Source of the DNA: Patescibacteria group bacterium
GTDB lineage: Bacteria > Patescibacteriota > Microgenomatia > UBA1400 > PJMF01
Direction of reading: 5' to 3'
NCBI GenBank assembly: GCA_049322655.1
Contig: JBMORP010000006.1
Coordinates: forward strand, 384,410 to 448,409
Length of the DNA stretch: 64,000 nt
Below the pieces are notes generated by a model. That model worked only from the letters and a program-made list of their open reading frames with translations, searched no databases and was not told where the DNA came from. This document shows, piece by piece, positions 9,417 to 19,430 of the stretch. Position 1 is the first letter of the stretch, and each line of letters begins with the position of its first letter. A program made the translations under genes and the position numbers.

Positions 9417-9854
9417 TTATTCTACAGAACCACCAAGTTTTTTGATAGTCTCAAGTGCTTGTTTGGTTGTAGGGATACCTTTTATATTAACTTTTTTGGT
9501 TAACTTGCCACTATGAATGATTTTTGCTTTTTTAAAACCTTTTTCTATAATTTTATAAAGTTTTAAGGTTTCTAAAGTAATATCAGCTACAGGCATTTTT
9601 TCCAAATCAGCTAAAGTGATCTCTGCTGTTGGGTTAAGGACACCAAAACGACCTTTACCTCTTAACATTGGGTATTTCTTGACACCTGGCAATTGACCAC
9701 CTTCAAACCACAAAGGAATCTTAGAACCAACTCTTGAAGTTTGGCCTTTTTGACCTCTACTAGCAGTGTGACCACCTTTACCAGAGCCATAACCACGACC
9801 AACTCGTTTGTTTGATCTTTTGACGGTTTTAACTAAATTTTGTAACAATGACAT
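9417..9854 (-). CDS. rplO: 50S ribosomal protein L15
   Basis: KRVGRGYGSGKGGHTASRGQKGQ is the L15 signature. Confidence 0.92.
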   Translation of the reverse strand: MSLLQNLVKTVKRSNKRVGRGYGSGKGGHTASRGQKGQTSRVGSKIPLWFEGGQLPGVKKYPMLRGKGRFGVLNPTAEITLADLEKMPVADITLETLKLYKIIEKGFKKAKIIHSGKLTKKVNIKGIPTTKQALETIKKLGGSVE

Positions 9855-9866
9855 GATTCAATCCTT

Positions 9867-10541
9867 TTATTTTTTAGCTGATTTGGTAGGAGCTTTTTTC
9901 ACGGATTTTTTAGCTTCTTTTTTTACTGGCTTAGCAACTATTTTCTTTTTTTCAACTTTTACAATCTTATCTTCTGCTACCTCAGAAACAGCTTTTGCTT
10001 TTTCTTGAATTTCTTTGAGTTTTTCTTTTTCTTCTCGCTCAATATCAATAATTGATCTTAACTTAATACCACGAATTTTAACAATTTGTTCGATCTTTTT
10101 GAGAGCTTCAAAAGCAGCATAAACACTAGATGCTTGATTCTCACTACCCAAAATCTTGGCAGAAATATCTCTAACACCAGCAGCTTCAACCAAGGCTCTT
10201 ACTGGACCTCCAGCGATAACACCAGTTCCTTTAGGAGCTGGTTTTAATAATACTTTGCCAGCACCTTTTTTAACTTCCATTTTGAAAGGAATAGTGGTGC
10301 CATCCAAAGGGACAGCAATCATTTTTTTCTTGGCTTTTTTAATTCCTTTTTTGATAGCCGAAACTACCTCTGGAGCTTTACCCAAACCAACGCCAACTTG
10401 ACCTTTTTTATCACCAACCACCATCAGTACGGAAAAGCCCATTTTGTTTCCACCTTTGGTTTTCTTTGACACTCTAGAAATTTGAATCACTTTTTCTTCA
10501 AATTCCTTAACTTCTGGTGTATTGCCTTGAAATTTAGACAT
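9867..10541 (-). CDS. rpsE: 30S ribosomal protein S5 with Lys-rich C-terminal extension
   Basis: RVSKKTKGG...GQVGVGLGKA is the S5 core. I trimmed the start to the ATG (MSKFQGN) lying 5 nt after the rplR stop. The C-terminal roughly 60 aa is K/E-rich. Confidence 0.9.
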   Translation of the reverse strand: MSKFQGNTPEVKEFEEKVIQISRVSKKTKGGNKMGFSVLMVVGDKKGQVGVGLGKAPEVVSAIKKGIKKAKKKMIAVPLDGTTIPFKMEVKKGAGKVLLKPAPKGTGVIAGGPVRALVEAAGVRDISAKILGSENQASSVYAAFEALKKIEQIVKIRGIKLRSIIDIEREEKEKLKEIQEKAKAVSEVAEDKIVKVEKKKIVAKPVKKEAKKSVKKAPTKSAKK

Positions 10542-10545
10542 AGTA

Positions 10546-10902
10546 TTAAACGTTAATTCCTTCTGCACGAAGAGCTTCAGCAACAACTTTCACTCTCCCG
10601 TGATATTTATATGAGCCACGATCAAATTGTAATTTTTCAATCTTAGCTTTCTTTAAACCTTTTACCAATTCTGCCGTTACTTTGGCAGCTCTTTCGGATT
10701 TAGTTCCAGCGATTTTCTTTTTACCCAAATCACTAGCAGCGACCAAAGTCTTTCCAGCTTCATCATCAATTGCTTGTAAAGAAATATGTTCGTTAGAACG
10801 CAAAATCGTCAATCTTGGTCGTTCTGCTGTGCCCATCATTTTGGAACGAACTCTTTTCTTTCTTTTTTCAGCTAGTGTTTCATTATGTTTAATTACTGAC
10901 AT
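10546..10902 (-). CDS. rplR: 50S ribosomal protein L18
   Basis: Homologous to L18 and positioned between rplF and rpsE. Confidence 0.9.
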   Translation of the reverse strand: MSVIKHNETLAEKRKKRVRSKMMGTAERPRLTILRSNEHISLQAIDDEAGKTLVAASDLGKKKIAGTKSERAAKVTAELVKGLKKAKIEKLQFDRGSYKYHGRVKVVAEALRAEGINV

Positions 10903-10917
10903 TTTTAACCTTTTTTA

Positions 10918-11457
10918 TTAAGCAGTTGCTGTCTTACCTGGCTTGATACGAACAACCTCATCTTCGTGTCTAATACCTTTACCTTTGTAAGGCTCAGGAG
11001 GTCTAATCGCTCTGATGTTAGCAGCTACTTGACCAACTAATTGTTTATCAATTCCCTCAATATGAATGGTGTCGTTACCTTCAACCGAAAGTTTAATGCC
11101 CTCGACTGGAGTAATCTCAACCGGGTGAGAAAAACCGACTGTTACACTGATCCCAGCTCCTTTGGCCGTAGCTCTATATCCAGTCCCAACCAATTTTAAA
11201 GTTTTTTTATAACCATTAGTAACACCTTCGGCCGCACCAGCCAATAAACTTCTCACTAAACCATGATAGGCACGGATCTGTTTTTCATCATTAGCTCTAG
11301 TGACAACTAAAGTGTTTTCCTCTTGAGCAACTTTAATTCCTTCCATCACTGGTACGACTAAAGTTCCTTTAGGACCTTTGATAGTCACTTGACCATTTTC
11401 AATGGTAGCTGTGACTCCTTGAACTAATTCAACTGGTTTTTTTCCGATTCTTGACAT
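10918..11457 (-). CDS. rplF: 50S ribosomal protein L6
   Basis: MSRIGKKPVEL is the L6 N-terminus. Confidence 0.92.
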   Translation of the reverse strand: MSRIGKKPVELVQGVTATIENGQVTIKGPKGTLVVPVMEGIKVAQEENTLVVTRANDEKQIRAYHGLVRSLLAGAAEGVTNGYKKTLKLVGTGYRATAKGAGISVTVGFSHPVEITPVEGIKLSVEGNDTIHIEGIDKQLVGQVAANIRAIRPPEPYKGKGIRHEDEVVRIKPGKTATA

Positions 11458-11473
11458 AACAATTATTTATTCT

Positions 11474-11863
11474 TTACCAAACTTGGCAAAGAAGTTCTCC
11501 TCCGACATTTTGTTGACGAGCTTCTTTATCTGTTAAAAGCCCTTTACTAGTAGATACAATCGTAATGCCATAACCATTAAGAGTAACCGGCACTTGATCA
11601 ACCGTAGAGTAGAGTCTGCGACCTGGTTTTGAAACTCTCTTAACTCCAGAAATCTTGGGTAGTTTACCCTCATAACCTAAAGCTAACACTAAGTCTGCTT
11701 GTGGTTGTTTAGCAACTACTTCAAAACTTTCAATATAGTTATTAGCAACTAAAATCTCGGCAATAGCTTCCTTCACTTTAGAATGAGGAATCACTACCTG
11801 CTTATGCTTGGAAAGCAAAGCATTCTTAATTCTAGCTAGCATATCTGCGATTGGATCTGTCAT
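11474..11863 (-). CDS. rpsH: 30S ribosomal protein S8
   Basis: MTDPIADMLARIKNA is the S8 N-terminus. Confidence 0.92.
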   Translation of the reverse strand: MTDPIADMLARIKNALLSKHKQVVIPHSKVKEAIAEILVANNYIESFEVVAKQPQADLVLALGYEGKLPKISGVKRVSKPGRRLYSTVDQVPVTLNGYGITIVSTSKGLLTDKEARQQNVGGELLCQVW

Positions 11864-11864
11864 A

Positions 11865-12095
11865 TTATTTACTTGCCTTTACCACTCCTGGGAGTTCCCC
11901 TTTCATGGCTAATTCCCTGAAAGTAATTCTGCTTAAACCAAAGTAACGCATGTATCCCTGAGGACGACCGGTAATTTTACAACGGTTTTTTCCTCTGGTC
12001 GAGACTCTATTTGGTTTCTTCTCACCTGATAAGTTATATTCAGCACGAAGGGCCAAGATTTTCTTATCTTTAGCGATTTTTGATTTTTTAGCCAT
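11865..12095 (-). CDS. rpsN: 30S ribosomal protein S14, short non-zinc form
   Basis: [35 protein letters not shown] is the S14 C-terminal signature. Confidence 0.88.
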   Translation of the reverse strand: MAKKSKIAKDKKILALRAEYNLSGEKKPNRVSTRGKNRCKITGRPQGYMRYFGLSRITFRELAMKGELPGVVKASK

Positions 12096-12097
12096 AA

Positions 12098-12661
12098 TTA
12101 CTTTTTATCCTCTTCTTTTTCAAATGGGAAACCCAAAAGTTCCAACATTCTGAAAGATTCTTGATCATTCTTTGTACTTGTCACAATATTGATTTGTAAA
12201 CTTCTAATACTTTCAATTTTGTCATATTCAATCTCTGGAAAAACGATTTGTTCTTCAACACCCAGAGAATAATTTCCTTGACCATCAAAAGCAACTCGTG
12301 AAATACCTCTAAAATCTTTAACACGAGGCAAGGCAATAGAGATTAGTTTATCCAAAAATTCCCACATTCTTTGACCTCTCAAAGTCACAGCCACGCCCAA
12401 AGGATCGCCTTCTCTTAATTTAAAGTTAGCAATAGATTGACGAGCACGAGTGATTTGAGGCTTTTGCCCGGCAATTACAGTAAATTGATCAGCAATGTTC
12501 TCAATAACTTTAAGTCTAGCTTTAGGATCAGCTGGGTCTTTAATTCCCATGTTGAGCACTACTTTTTGAATTTTGCCAACAGCAAATACATTATCATGAT
12601 TAAACTCTTTTTTGAGAGTTTGCACCACTTCTTGTTGGTATTTTTCTTTTAGTCTATTCAT
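12098..12661 (-). CDS. rplE: 50S ribosomal protein L5
   Basis: Homologous to L5 and positioned between rplX and rpsN. Confidence 0.92.
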   Translation of the reverse strand: MNRLKEKYQQEVVQTLKKEFNHDNVFAVGKIQKVVLNMGIKDPADPKARLKVIENIADQFTVIAGQKPQITRARQSIANFKLREGDPLGVAVTLRGQRMWEFLDKLISIALPRVKDFRGISRVAFDGQGNYSLGVEEQIVFPEIEYDKIESIRSLQINIVTSTKNDQESFRMLELLGFPFEKEEDKK

Positions 12662-12670
12662 TTTGGCCTA

Positions 12671-13009
12671 TTATTTCTTTGTTGTTTTCTTAGTTTCTTT
12701 TTTAGTCGCAATTACTGTACCGGTTTTTTTGTAAACTCTCTCTTTTTTGCCGTCTTTGGTTACTTTATAACCAACTCGATCGATTACACCTTTATCGTTA
12801 ATAATAGCGATTTTAGCGGTAGGAAGTGGTCTTTCTCGACGAATGATTTCTCCTGGTCTACCACCATAAGGTTTAACGTGTTTAGCATAAACATTAATAT
12901 CTTTAACCAGAACAGTACCTTCTTTAGGAAAAACTTTAACGATTTCTCCTTTTTTGCCCTTATCCTTACCAGCTGTAATGATTACTTGATCTCCAATAGT
13001 AAATTTCAT
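12671..13009 (-). CDS. rplX: 50S ribosomal protein L24
   Basis: KFTIGDQVIITAGKDKGKKGEI is the L24 KOW motif. Confidence 0.9.
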   Translation of the reverse strand: MKFTIGDQVIITAGKDKGKKGEIVKVFPKEGTVLVKDINVYAKHVKPYGGRPGEIIRRERPLPTAKIAIINDKGVIDRVGYKVTKDGKKERVYKKTGTVIATKKETKKTTKK

Positions 13010-13010
13010 A

Positions 13011-13385
13011 TTACAAAACCTCCGGTGCTAAACTAGCAATTTTGTTAAAACCATTATCTTTGACTTCACGAGCAATTGGGCCAAAAACACGAGTGCCAAC
13101 TGGATCTAGCTTGGTTCTTGATTCAATCACCACTGCAGCATTATCATCAAAGCGAATATATTCGCCCGAAGCTCTGCGTGATTCTTTTTTCGTTCTTACT
13201 ATTACTGCTCTCACCTTAGCACCTTTTTTAATGGCACTATTAGGATCAGCACTAATCACAGAAGCAATGACAATATCACCCACATAACCAAATCTTCTTC
13301 TAGAACCACCATAAACTTGAATGGTACGAAGTTTTTTGGCTCCGCTGTTGTCCGCGACTTTTAAAACAGATCTAAGTTGTATCAT
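13011..13385 (-). CDS. rplN: 50S ribosomal protein L14
   Basis: [17 protein letters not shown] is the L14 N-terminus. Confidence 0.93.
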   Translation of the reverse strand: MIQLRSVLKVADNSGAKKLRTIQVYGGSRRRFGYVGDIVIASVISADPNSAIKKGAKVRAVIVRTKKESRRASGEYIRFDDNAAVVIESRTKLDPVGTRVFGPIAREVKDNGFNKIASLAPEVL

Positions 13386-13388
13386 CGC

Positions 13389-13622
13389 TTATTTTCCTAC
13401 TTTTTTGACTATTACAAAACGCTTGGTTTTACTAATTGGTCTTGATTCTTGAATCTCGACTTTATCGCCAAGTTCAAGCTCAATGCCCTCATAGTGACAA
13501 GCATATTTTTTACTTCTTTTTACTGATTTTTGATATAAAGGATGTTGCCAAAGAGTAGACACTGTTACAGTGGCAGTTTTTTCTCTTTTTAAAGCAGTTA
13601 CCTCTCCAGTCATTGTTCTCAT
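13389..13622 (-). CDS. rpsQ: 30S ribosomal protein S17
   Basis: 77 aa OB-fold protein in the canonical position. Confidence 0.88.
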   Translation of the reverse strand: MRTMTGEVTALKREKTATVTVSTLWQHPLYQKSVKRSKKYACHYEGIELELGDKVEIQESRPISKTKRFVIVKKVGK

Positions 13623-13843
13623 TATTTTGCCTCTTTCTCTTCTCCAGCTAATTCCATAGCTCTGAGAGTTGTTTTGATTCGAGCAACATCATCAGCCAAA
13701 GTAGTTACTAAGCTAGTATTCTCTAATTTGCCAGCTTTTTTCTCCATTCTAGCAACAGCTAGTTTCATTTGGAGGTCAGCCAACATTTTGTTGAGTTCTT
13801 TAGCTGTTTTAGCTCGAAGTTCTGTAATATCTTTTCTCTTCAT
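13622..13843 (-). CDS. rpmC: 50S ribosomal protein L29
   Basis: 73 aa helical protein; ELRAKTAKELNKMLADLQMKL matches L29. Confidence 0.88.
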   Translation of the reverse strand: MKRKDITELRAKTAKELNKMLADLQMKLAVARMEKKAGKLENTSLVTTLADDVARIKTTLRAMELAGEEKEAK

Positions 13844-13846
13844 GTT

Positions 13847-14254
13847 TTATGATTTCTTCACTATTGTTGTTTTTAAAGAGATTTTATGACCAGCTTTAGT
13901 AAAAGCGGCATTAGCCATCTCTTCTGTTACCCCACCCAATTCAAAAAGAATTGTGCCTGGTCTAACTACTGCTACGTAAGTATCAATGGCTCCCTTACCA
14001 GATCCCATTTTGACCCCAACAGGCTTTTTGGTAACTGGTTTATGAGGAAATACTTTAATCCAATATTTACCCAATCTTTTGGTGGCATAAGTAATTTTCT
14101 TACGAGCAGCTTCTAGTTCTTTTGAACTAACCCAACCACCATCTAAAGCCTTCAAACCAAATTCACCAAAAGCTAGTTGGTTGCCACGAAGGGCTTTCCC
14201 AGTGTTTTTGCCTCTAAACTGTTTGCGGTATTTTGATTTTTTTGGCTGTAACAT
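13847..14254 (-). CDS. rplP: 50S ribosomal protein L16
   Basis: MLQPKKSKYRKQFRGK is the L16 N-terminus. Confidence 0.93.
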   Translation of the reverse strand: MLQPKKSKYRKQFRGKNTGKALRGNQLAFGEFGLKALDGGWVSSKELEAARKKITYATKRLGKYWIKVFPHKPVTKKPVGVKMGSGKGAIDTYVAVVRPGTILFELGGVTEEMANAAFTKAGHKISLKTTIVKKS

Positions 14255-14262
14255 ATTACCTT

Positions 14263-14913
14263 TTAAACAATCTCTCCTTTATAAATCCATACTTTGATAC
14301 CGACGTAACCAGATCTGGTTTTAGCAGGAACTTCAAAGTAATCAATGTTAGCGCGCAAAGTTTGAGTTGGCACACTACCCTTAAAATATTTTTCCTGACG
14401 ACCAATTTCAGCGCCACCAATTCTTCCAGAAAGTTGAATTTTAACTCCCTTAGCTCCAGCAGCCATTACTTTTTCCAAAGCTTGATTGACAGCTCTTCTA
14501 TGTGGATAGCGACCAACCAACTGGTTAACCACTCTTTCAGCTACTAATCTAGCACTCAAATCAGGTGATTTAACTTCTTCTACTTTTAAATCAACCTTAA
14601 CTTGGTCCTTCTTGTCTTTAGCGACATTAATAACTTTTTCAACTTCTTTTTTAATCTCTTCTAAGTTTGTACCACCCTTACCAATTACCACACCTGGTCT
14701 GGAAACCTGTAGAACGATACGCATTTTACTGATATATCTCTCAATGTCGACTTGAACTAAGCCAGCACTAGTGAGCTTATCTGCAAAATACTTTCTGAGT
14801 TTATGGTCTTCAAGTACTTTATTTGAGTAATTAGCTGGTTTGGCAAACCAACGAGACTTCCAAGAGAAAATCTTCCCCAAACGAAAACCAGTTGGATTTA
14901 CTTTTTGTCCCAT
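14263..14913 (-). CDS. rpsC: 30S ribosomal protein S3
   Basis: MGQKVNPTGFRLG is the S3 N-terminus, and a KH domain follows. Confidence 0.93.
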   Translation of the reverse strand: MGQKVNPTGFRLGKIFSWKSRWFAKPANYSNKVLEDHKLRKYFADKLTSAGLVQVDIERYISKMRIVLQVSRPGVVIGKGGTNLEEIKKEVEKVINVAKDKKDQVKVDLKVEEVKSPDLSARLVAERVVNQLVGRYPHRRAVNQALEKVMAAGAKGVKIQLSGRIGGAEIGRQEKYFKGSVPTQTLRANIDYFEVPAKTRSGYVGIKVWIYKGEIV

Positions 14914-14917
14914 ATCT

Positions 14918-15415
14918 TTATTTCTTTGCTTTCTTAACTACTTTTTTGTTAGTCACTGATTTTGAAACTGTTGCTTTAGCAACTTTTTTGGCAGTGACTG
15001 GCTTAGTTTCTTTTTTTGTTTCAGTTGGCTTGACTTCAACTTTTGTCTCGGTTTCTTTGCCAACTTCTTTTTCTGTTTTAACTTCCTTAGTCTCCAAAAT
15101 CACCCTCACATGAGAAGTTCTTTTAAAGATCGTATGAGCTCGACCTCTACTGACAGCCCTAAACCTCTTATAAGTTGATCCTTCAGTCACTAAGATATTT
15201 TTAAGTTCCAATTGATCAGCAGTTAAACGGTGATTGTGTAAAGCATTAGCAACGGCTTGTCTTAAAACTTTGGCCACCACCATACTAGCTTTTCGTTCCA
15301 TCACAGCAAGTTGTTCGAAGGCACCTTTGAGAGTAAGTTTGCGAACAGCGTTAGCAACTAATCTTACTTTTCTGGGCGACTGTCTAGTGTTTTTTTGTTC
15401 AGCAATAATTTGCAT
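14918..15415 (-). CDS. rplV: 50S ribosomal protein L22 with Lys/Thr-rich C-terminal extension
   Basis: Homologous to L22, with about 50 extra C-terminal residues rich in K, E and T. Confidence 0.9.
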   Translation of the reverse strand: MQIIAEQKNTRQSPRKVRLVANAVRKLTLKGAFEQLAVMERKASMVVAKVLRQAVANALHNHRLTADQLELKNILVTEGSTYKRFRAVSRGRAHTIFKRTSHVRVILETKEVKTEKEVGKETETKVEVKPTETKKETKPVTAKKVAKATVSKSVTNKKVVKKAKK

Positions 15416-15430
15416 ATCTAATATTTACCT

Positions 15431-15715
15431 TTATGTCTTAGTCAAGACTCTCTTCACAATACGACCATGACCTCTAAAGGTTCTGGTTGGAGCAAATTCT
15501 CCAAGCTTGTGACCGACCATACCCTCAGAAACAAAAACTTCAATAAAATTTTTGCCTTGGTGGACCAACAAAGTGTGGCCAACAAAATCAGGAGAGACAA
15601 CGCTCTGTCTAGCCCAAGTTTTAATTGGAGTTTTATCTCCTGAATCCTTTTGCTTCATGATTTTCTTCATGAGCTTAGGGTCTATATATGGTCCTTTTTT
15701 AGTTGATCTACTCAT
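15431..15715 (-). CDS. rpsS: 30S ribosomal protein S19
   Basis: [19 protein letters not shown] is the S19 N-terminus. Confidence 0.93.
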   Translation of the reverse strand: MSRSTKKGPYIDPKLMKKIMKQKDSGDKTPIKTWARQSVVSPDFVGHTLLVHQGKNFIEVFVSEGMVGHKLGEFAPTRTFRGHGRIVKRVLTKT

Positions 15716-15725
15716 AAGTTTTTAT

Positions 15726-16559
15726 TTACTTTGTTCTTCTGTCTCGAACAATCCACTTGTTACTTTTTCTTGCTTTTCTAGTCTTCTTACCTGGAGCAAC
15801 ATTACGACCCCAAGCTGTCTTAGGATATTTTAGACCAACACCGCTACGACCCTCACCACCACCATGTGGATGAGCTCCAGGATGTTGAGCTGTACCTCTA
15901 ACAGTTGGCCTAATACCCATCAGTCTTTTTCTTCCTGCTTTACCAAGTTTTCTATTTTTCCAATCACTATTACCAACCTGACCAATAGTAGCTAAACAAT
16001 CCTCATGAATTAATCTTTGTTCTCTAGAAGGTAATTGAACAGTCACATAGCTACCCTCTTTTGATTGAATTAAGGCATGAACACCTGCTCCCTTAACTAG
16101 TTGAGCACCTTTACCTGGTCTCATTTCCAAATTATGGATAGGCATACCTACAGGAATATTTTTAAGAATCATAGCATTGCCTGGCTTAGGATCAACCTTT
16201 TCACCAGCCATCACCGTATCACCAACATTAAGATTTAATGGAGCCAAAATATATTGTTTATCTCCATCTGGGTAGTAAATAAGAGCGATATTAGCACTAC
16301 GCATTGGATCATATTCAACTCTCTTAACAACACCAGCCACATCTTTTTTACTTCTCTTCCAATCAATTACTCTCAATTTTTTCTTCACACCACCACCACG
16401 ATGACGAACCGTAATTCTACCTTGGTAACCACGACCTTGTCTTTTCTTATGACCAGAAACTAACAATGACTTTTCTGGGTCACCTTTGTGCAGTTCTGTT
16501 CTGTCAACAACAACTAGGTGTCTTTTCCCAGGGCTAGTTGGTTTAACTTTAATTAACAT
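15726..16559 (-). CDS. rplB: 50S ribosomal protein L2
   Basis: 277 aa; HPHGGGEGRS matches L2. Confidence 0.95.
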   Translation of the reverse strand: MLIKVKPTSPGKRHLVVVDRTELHKGDPEKSLLVSGHKKRQGRGYQGRITVRHRGGGVKKKLRVIDWKRSKKDVAGVVKRVEYDPMRSANIALIYYPDGDKQYILAPLNLNVGDTVMAGEKVDPKPGNAMILKNIPVGMPIHNLEMRPGKGAQLVKGAGVHALIQSKEGSYVTVQLPSREQRLIHEDCLATIGQVGNSDWKNRKLGKAGRKRLMGIRPTVRGTAQHPGAHPHGGGEGRSGVGLKYPKTAWGRNVAPGKKTRKARKSNKWIVRDRRTK

Positions 16560-16861
16560 TATTTGTCTCCTCCAATGTCAAAAACGCTAATAGAATCACC
16601 TTTTTTGAGTCTTACTAAAGCTTTCTTAGTTTTAGCCGCAAAAGTTTTTAATCTTTTTTGACCAGTTCTTTTAGCTTTCTTTGGTCTCATCACTGTATTT
16701 ACCACCTCAACTTTAACTTGATACATTTCTTCAATAGCGGCTTTAATTTTATTTTTATCAGCCACTCGCTCAACTTCAAAAGTATAAATATTCTCCAAAT
16801 TAGCTCTTTGGAGAGTTTTTTCAGTAATAACTGGTCTTCTAATTACGTAAGGATTCATCAT
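16559..16861 (-). CDS. rplW: 50S ribosomal protein L23
   Basis: 100 aa, homologous to L23, between rplD and rplB. Confidence 0.9.
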   Translation of the reverse strand: MMNPYVIRRPVITEKTLQRANLENIYTFEVERVADKNKIKAAIEEMYQVKVEVVNTVMRPKKAKRTGQKRLKTFAAKTKKALVRLKKGDSISVFDIGGDK

Positions 16862-17541
16862 TATTTGGTCTCCTTCTTAGCAGTTTTAGAAGTTTCTTTT
16901 TTGGTAGAAACTTCAACCTTCTCCTTACTCAAACGATCTTCCAAAACTTTTAAAGAATCTTTGGTAAAGATAATGATGTCAGCCATAGCTACTTGCAAAG
17001 AATTAAGTTCAACAGCAGGTACAGTTAATACTTGTTCAATATTTCTTAAACTTCTTCTGATTAAATCACTGTTTCCTGCTAAAACAACCAAAACTTTACC
17101 TTTATCATCAATCATTTTATTTAATAACTTAGCAGCTTCAGCGGTTTTACCACCCAAGCTATTGAAGTTATCGGTTACTACGATTTTTTCAGTCTGCATG
17201 CTCAAAGCGACTCTTAAAGCTTGAGCTTTCATTTTTCTGGATAAAGCCTTAGTCCAGTTTTCGTTGCCAGTTGGACCATGAGAAACACCACCACCAACAA
17301 AGATGGGGGCATTCTTGGAACCATGGCGAGCATTACCGGTTCCTTTTTGTTTGTACCATTTAGCTTTGGTCCTACTGACTTCAGATCTAGTTTTAACCTT
17401 GCTAGTACCTTGTCGTAAATTGGACAAGTAAACTCTCACAGCTTGAGCTAACAAAACTGGATTGCTTTTTTGAGCAAAGATTGCGTCGTTAACTTCAATT
17501 GTGCTACCCTTACTGGTAGCGGTAATCACTTTTAATTTCAT
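16861..17541 (-). CDS. rplD: 50S ribosomal protein L4 with charged C-terminal extension
   Basis: Homologous to L4. I trimmed the start to the ATG (MKLKVITA) lying 1 nt after the rplC stop. Confidence 0.9.
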   Translation of the reverse strand: MKLKVITATSKGSTIEVNDAIFAQKSNPVLLAQAVRVYLSNLRQGTSKVKTRSEVSRTKAKWYKQKGTGNARHGSKNAPIFVGGGVSHGPTGNENWTKALSRKMKAQALRVALSMQTEKIVVTDNFNSLGGKTAEAAKLLNKMIDDKGKVLVVLAGNSDLIRRSLRNIEQVLTVPAVELNSLQVAMADIIIFTKDSLKVLEDRLSKEKVEVSTKKETSKTAKKETK

Positions 17542-17542
17542 A

Positions 17543-18322
17543 TTAGTTTTGCTCCTCTTGAGCTTCAACTGAGTGAGTTTCAGCGACTGCTTCTACTGGA
17601 GCGGCTTCTTTTTTCAAACCCATTAATTCAAGATCTAGTTCAATTGGTTTCTTTTTACCAGTTTTCTCGATTTTAATGTAACCAGATTTAAAACCTGGTA
17701 CTGGTCCAGATAACCATAGCTCTTGAGTAGTTGGATCAATGTATAGCACTGTCAAACCATAAACTGTCTTAGTTTCAACACCATAGTGGCCAGGCATCCT
17801 TTTGCCTTTCCACACACGACCAGGAGTGGTACCAGAACCAATAGAACCAACCGCTCTAGATCTGTCTGATTGACCATGAGTTTTAGGCCCACCATGAAAA
17901 CCATAACGTTTCATTGCTCCAGCAAAACCACGACCTTTAGTTACACCTTGAACTTTGACTAAATCTCCAACTGCTAAAACTTGTTCTAAAACAACCGAGT
18001 CTCCGACTTTAACTGGAGACTCACTTTCATTGTTAACTCTAACACCTTGAATTTGGCTAACACCAAAAGAAAAACCACTCTTTTGCAATCTTGAGCGGAG
18101 TGGCTTATCCATATTTTTTAGTTTCTTTGCACCATAACCAACCTCAACAACAGTTTGAGGTTTTTTATTCCAAGTACGGGTAGATTTATCTGTAAGTGAA
18201 GTTTCGGTAAGACCAACAATAGCGTTAGGTTCTACCTTACACTTGGTTACAGCCAATCTCTTTCCTTTTTTTGACCAAGCTTGAGTCATACCCAATTTGG
18301 TTGCAAAGATTGCGTCTAACAT
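17543..18322 (-). CDS. rplC: 50S ribosomal protein L3
   Basis: ATKLGMTQAW and GVTKGRGFAG match L3. Confidence 0.92.
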   Translation of the reverse strand: MLDAIFATKLGMTQAWSKKGKRLAVTKCKVEPNAIVGLTETSLTDKSTRTWNKKPQTVVEVGYGAKKLKNMDKPLRSRLQKSGFSFGVSQIQGVRVNNESESPVKVGDSVVLEQVLAVGDLVKVQGVTKGRGFAGAMKRYGFHGGPKTHGQSDRSRAVGSIGSGTTPGRVWKGKRMPGHYGVETKTVYGLTVLYIDPTTQELWLSGPVPGFKSGYIKIEKTGKKKPIELDLELMGLKKEAAPVEAVAETHSVEAQEEQN

Positions 18323-18416
18323 ACGTGTTCCAATTTCTATGTGCTCTTTGAAAGTTGCCTTTCAAAAGAAGCGAGGGCCTGTTTTTGCCCTCTTCTATCT
18401 ATCTTTTTATACTTTG

Positions 18417-18746
18417 TTACATCTTGATTTGGATGTCTACACCAGCAGGCAATTCCAAATGCATCAAAGAGTCAATCGTCTTATTGGTTGGATTGACTAT
18501 CTCAATCAGTCGCTTATGAGTTCTGATTTCAAAATGCTCTTGGGCATTTTTGTCGGTATGAGGTGAAATCAAAACCGTAAATGACTTTTTATTGGTTGGC
18601 AATGGGACAGGGCCCACTATTTTAGCTCCAGTTGACAACGCTGTTTGTAAGATCTTGCGGCTAGCTTCATCTGCGACACGATGGTCGTAAGACTTGAGTC
18701 TAACTCTAATTTTATAAACAGTTTGTGTGCCAGTGCTTTTTGCCAT
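18417..18746 (-). CDS. rpsJ: 30S ribosomal protein S10
   Basis: [29 protein letters not shown] matches S10. Confidence 0.93.
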   Translation of the reverse strand: MAKSTGTQTVYKIRVRLKSYDHRVADEASRKILQTALSTGAKIVGPVPLPTNKKSFTVLISPHTDKNAQEHFEIRTHKRLIEIVNPTNKTIDSLMHLELPAGVDIQIKM

Positions 18747-18944
18747 ATTTTTTTACTTTTTATATATTCGGTTCAAAAATTTTAAACCCAATATTTTTTC
18801 TCTGGTTTTCCAGAGTACTTAAAATCACAGGGCGTGATTATAACTAAAATTTATCGATATGTACAGGGCTAATTTGCCTGGTGAACCATGAGGTCAAAAA
18901 TGCCTTGAAATACCAGCTTTCCCGTCTTGTAAACGAGAGTGATA

Positions 18945-18973
18945 ATTATAGCAAAAATCAAGAAAAGGAGCAA
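18945..18973 (-). promoter_or_regulatory. Putative S10-operon promoter (-35 TTGCTC, 17-nt spacer, -10 TATAAT), followed by a roughly 190-nt leader
   Basis: Minus-strand reading is TTGCTCcttttcttgatttttgcTATAAT, just downstream of the Nudix stop. The long leader before rpsJ is consistent with S10-operon leaders elsewhere. Confidence 0.35.
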
Positions 18974-18977
18974 GAGA

Positions 18978-19424
18978 CTATAATTTACTAGATAAAACCT
19001 GTAAAACTGTCCTCAAAATAGCTGGATGATCAAAAGCAATTTCTTCAGACTCAATCATTTTTTCTATTTGCTCCCAATCAACCTTGACTAAGGTATCAAA
19101 CTCTTGGTGATCAGGCATCATTTCAGGACTATATTCTTCTTCTAAAAGTAACAAAAAAGCAAAAGTTACCCAGCCATTATTTTCACTAGCCTCAACAAAT
19201 AAAAAATTAGCTACAGCAATATCCAAACCCAGTTCTTCTAAAATTTCTCGCTTGGCGGCGTGTTTTCTAGTAAGATCTTCTGCTTTAAATTTTCCCCCTA
19301 AAATCTGGAGTTTATTAGGAGCTTGTTTGCTCCATGCTGGTCGACGATTTAGTAAAATTGACTTATCTGGATTGACTACTACTACTCTGGCTACTTTATT
19401 TTCAAAGTTTTTCATGAAAATCAA
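18978..19424 (-). CDS. Nudix hydrolase
   Basis: GGKFKAEDLTRKHAAKREILEELGLDI fits the Nudix box Gx5Ex7REUxEExGU. Confidence 0.75.
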   Translation of the reverse strand: MIFMKNFENKVARVVVVNPDKSILLNRRPAWSKQAPNKLQILGGKFKAEDLTRKHAAKREILEELGLDIAVANFLFVEASENNGWVTFAFLLLLEEEYSPEMMPDHQEFDTLVKVDWEQIEKMIESEEIAFDHPAILRTVLQVLSSKL

Positions 19425-19430
19425 AGTATA

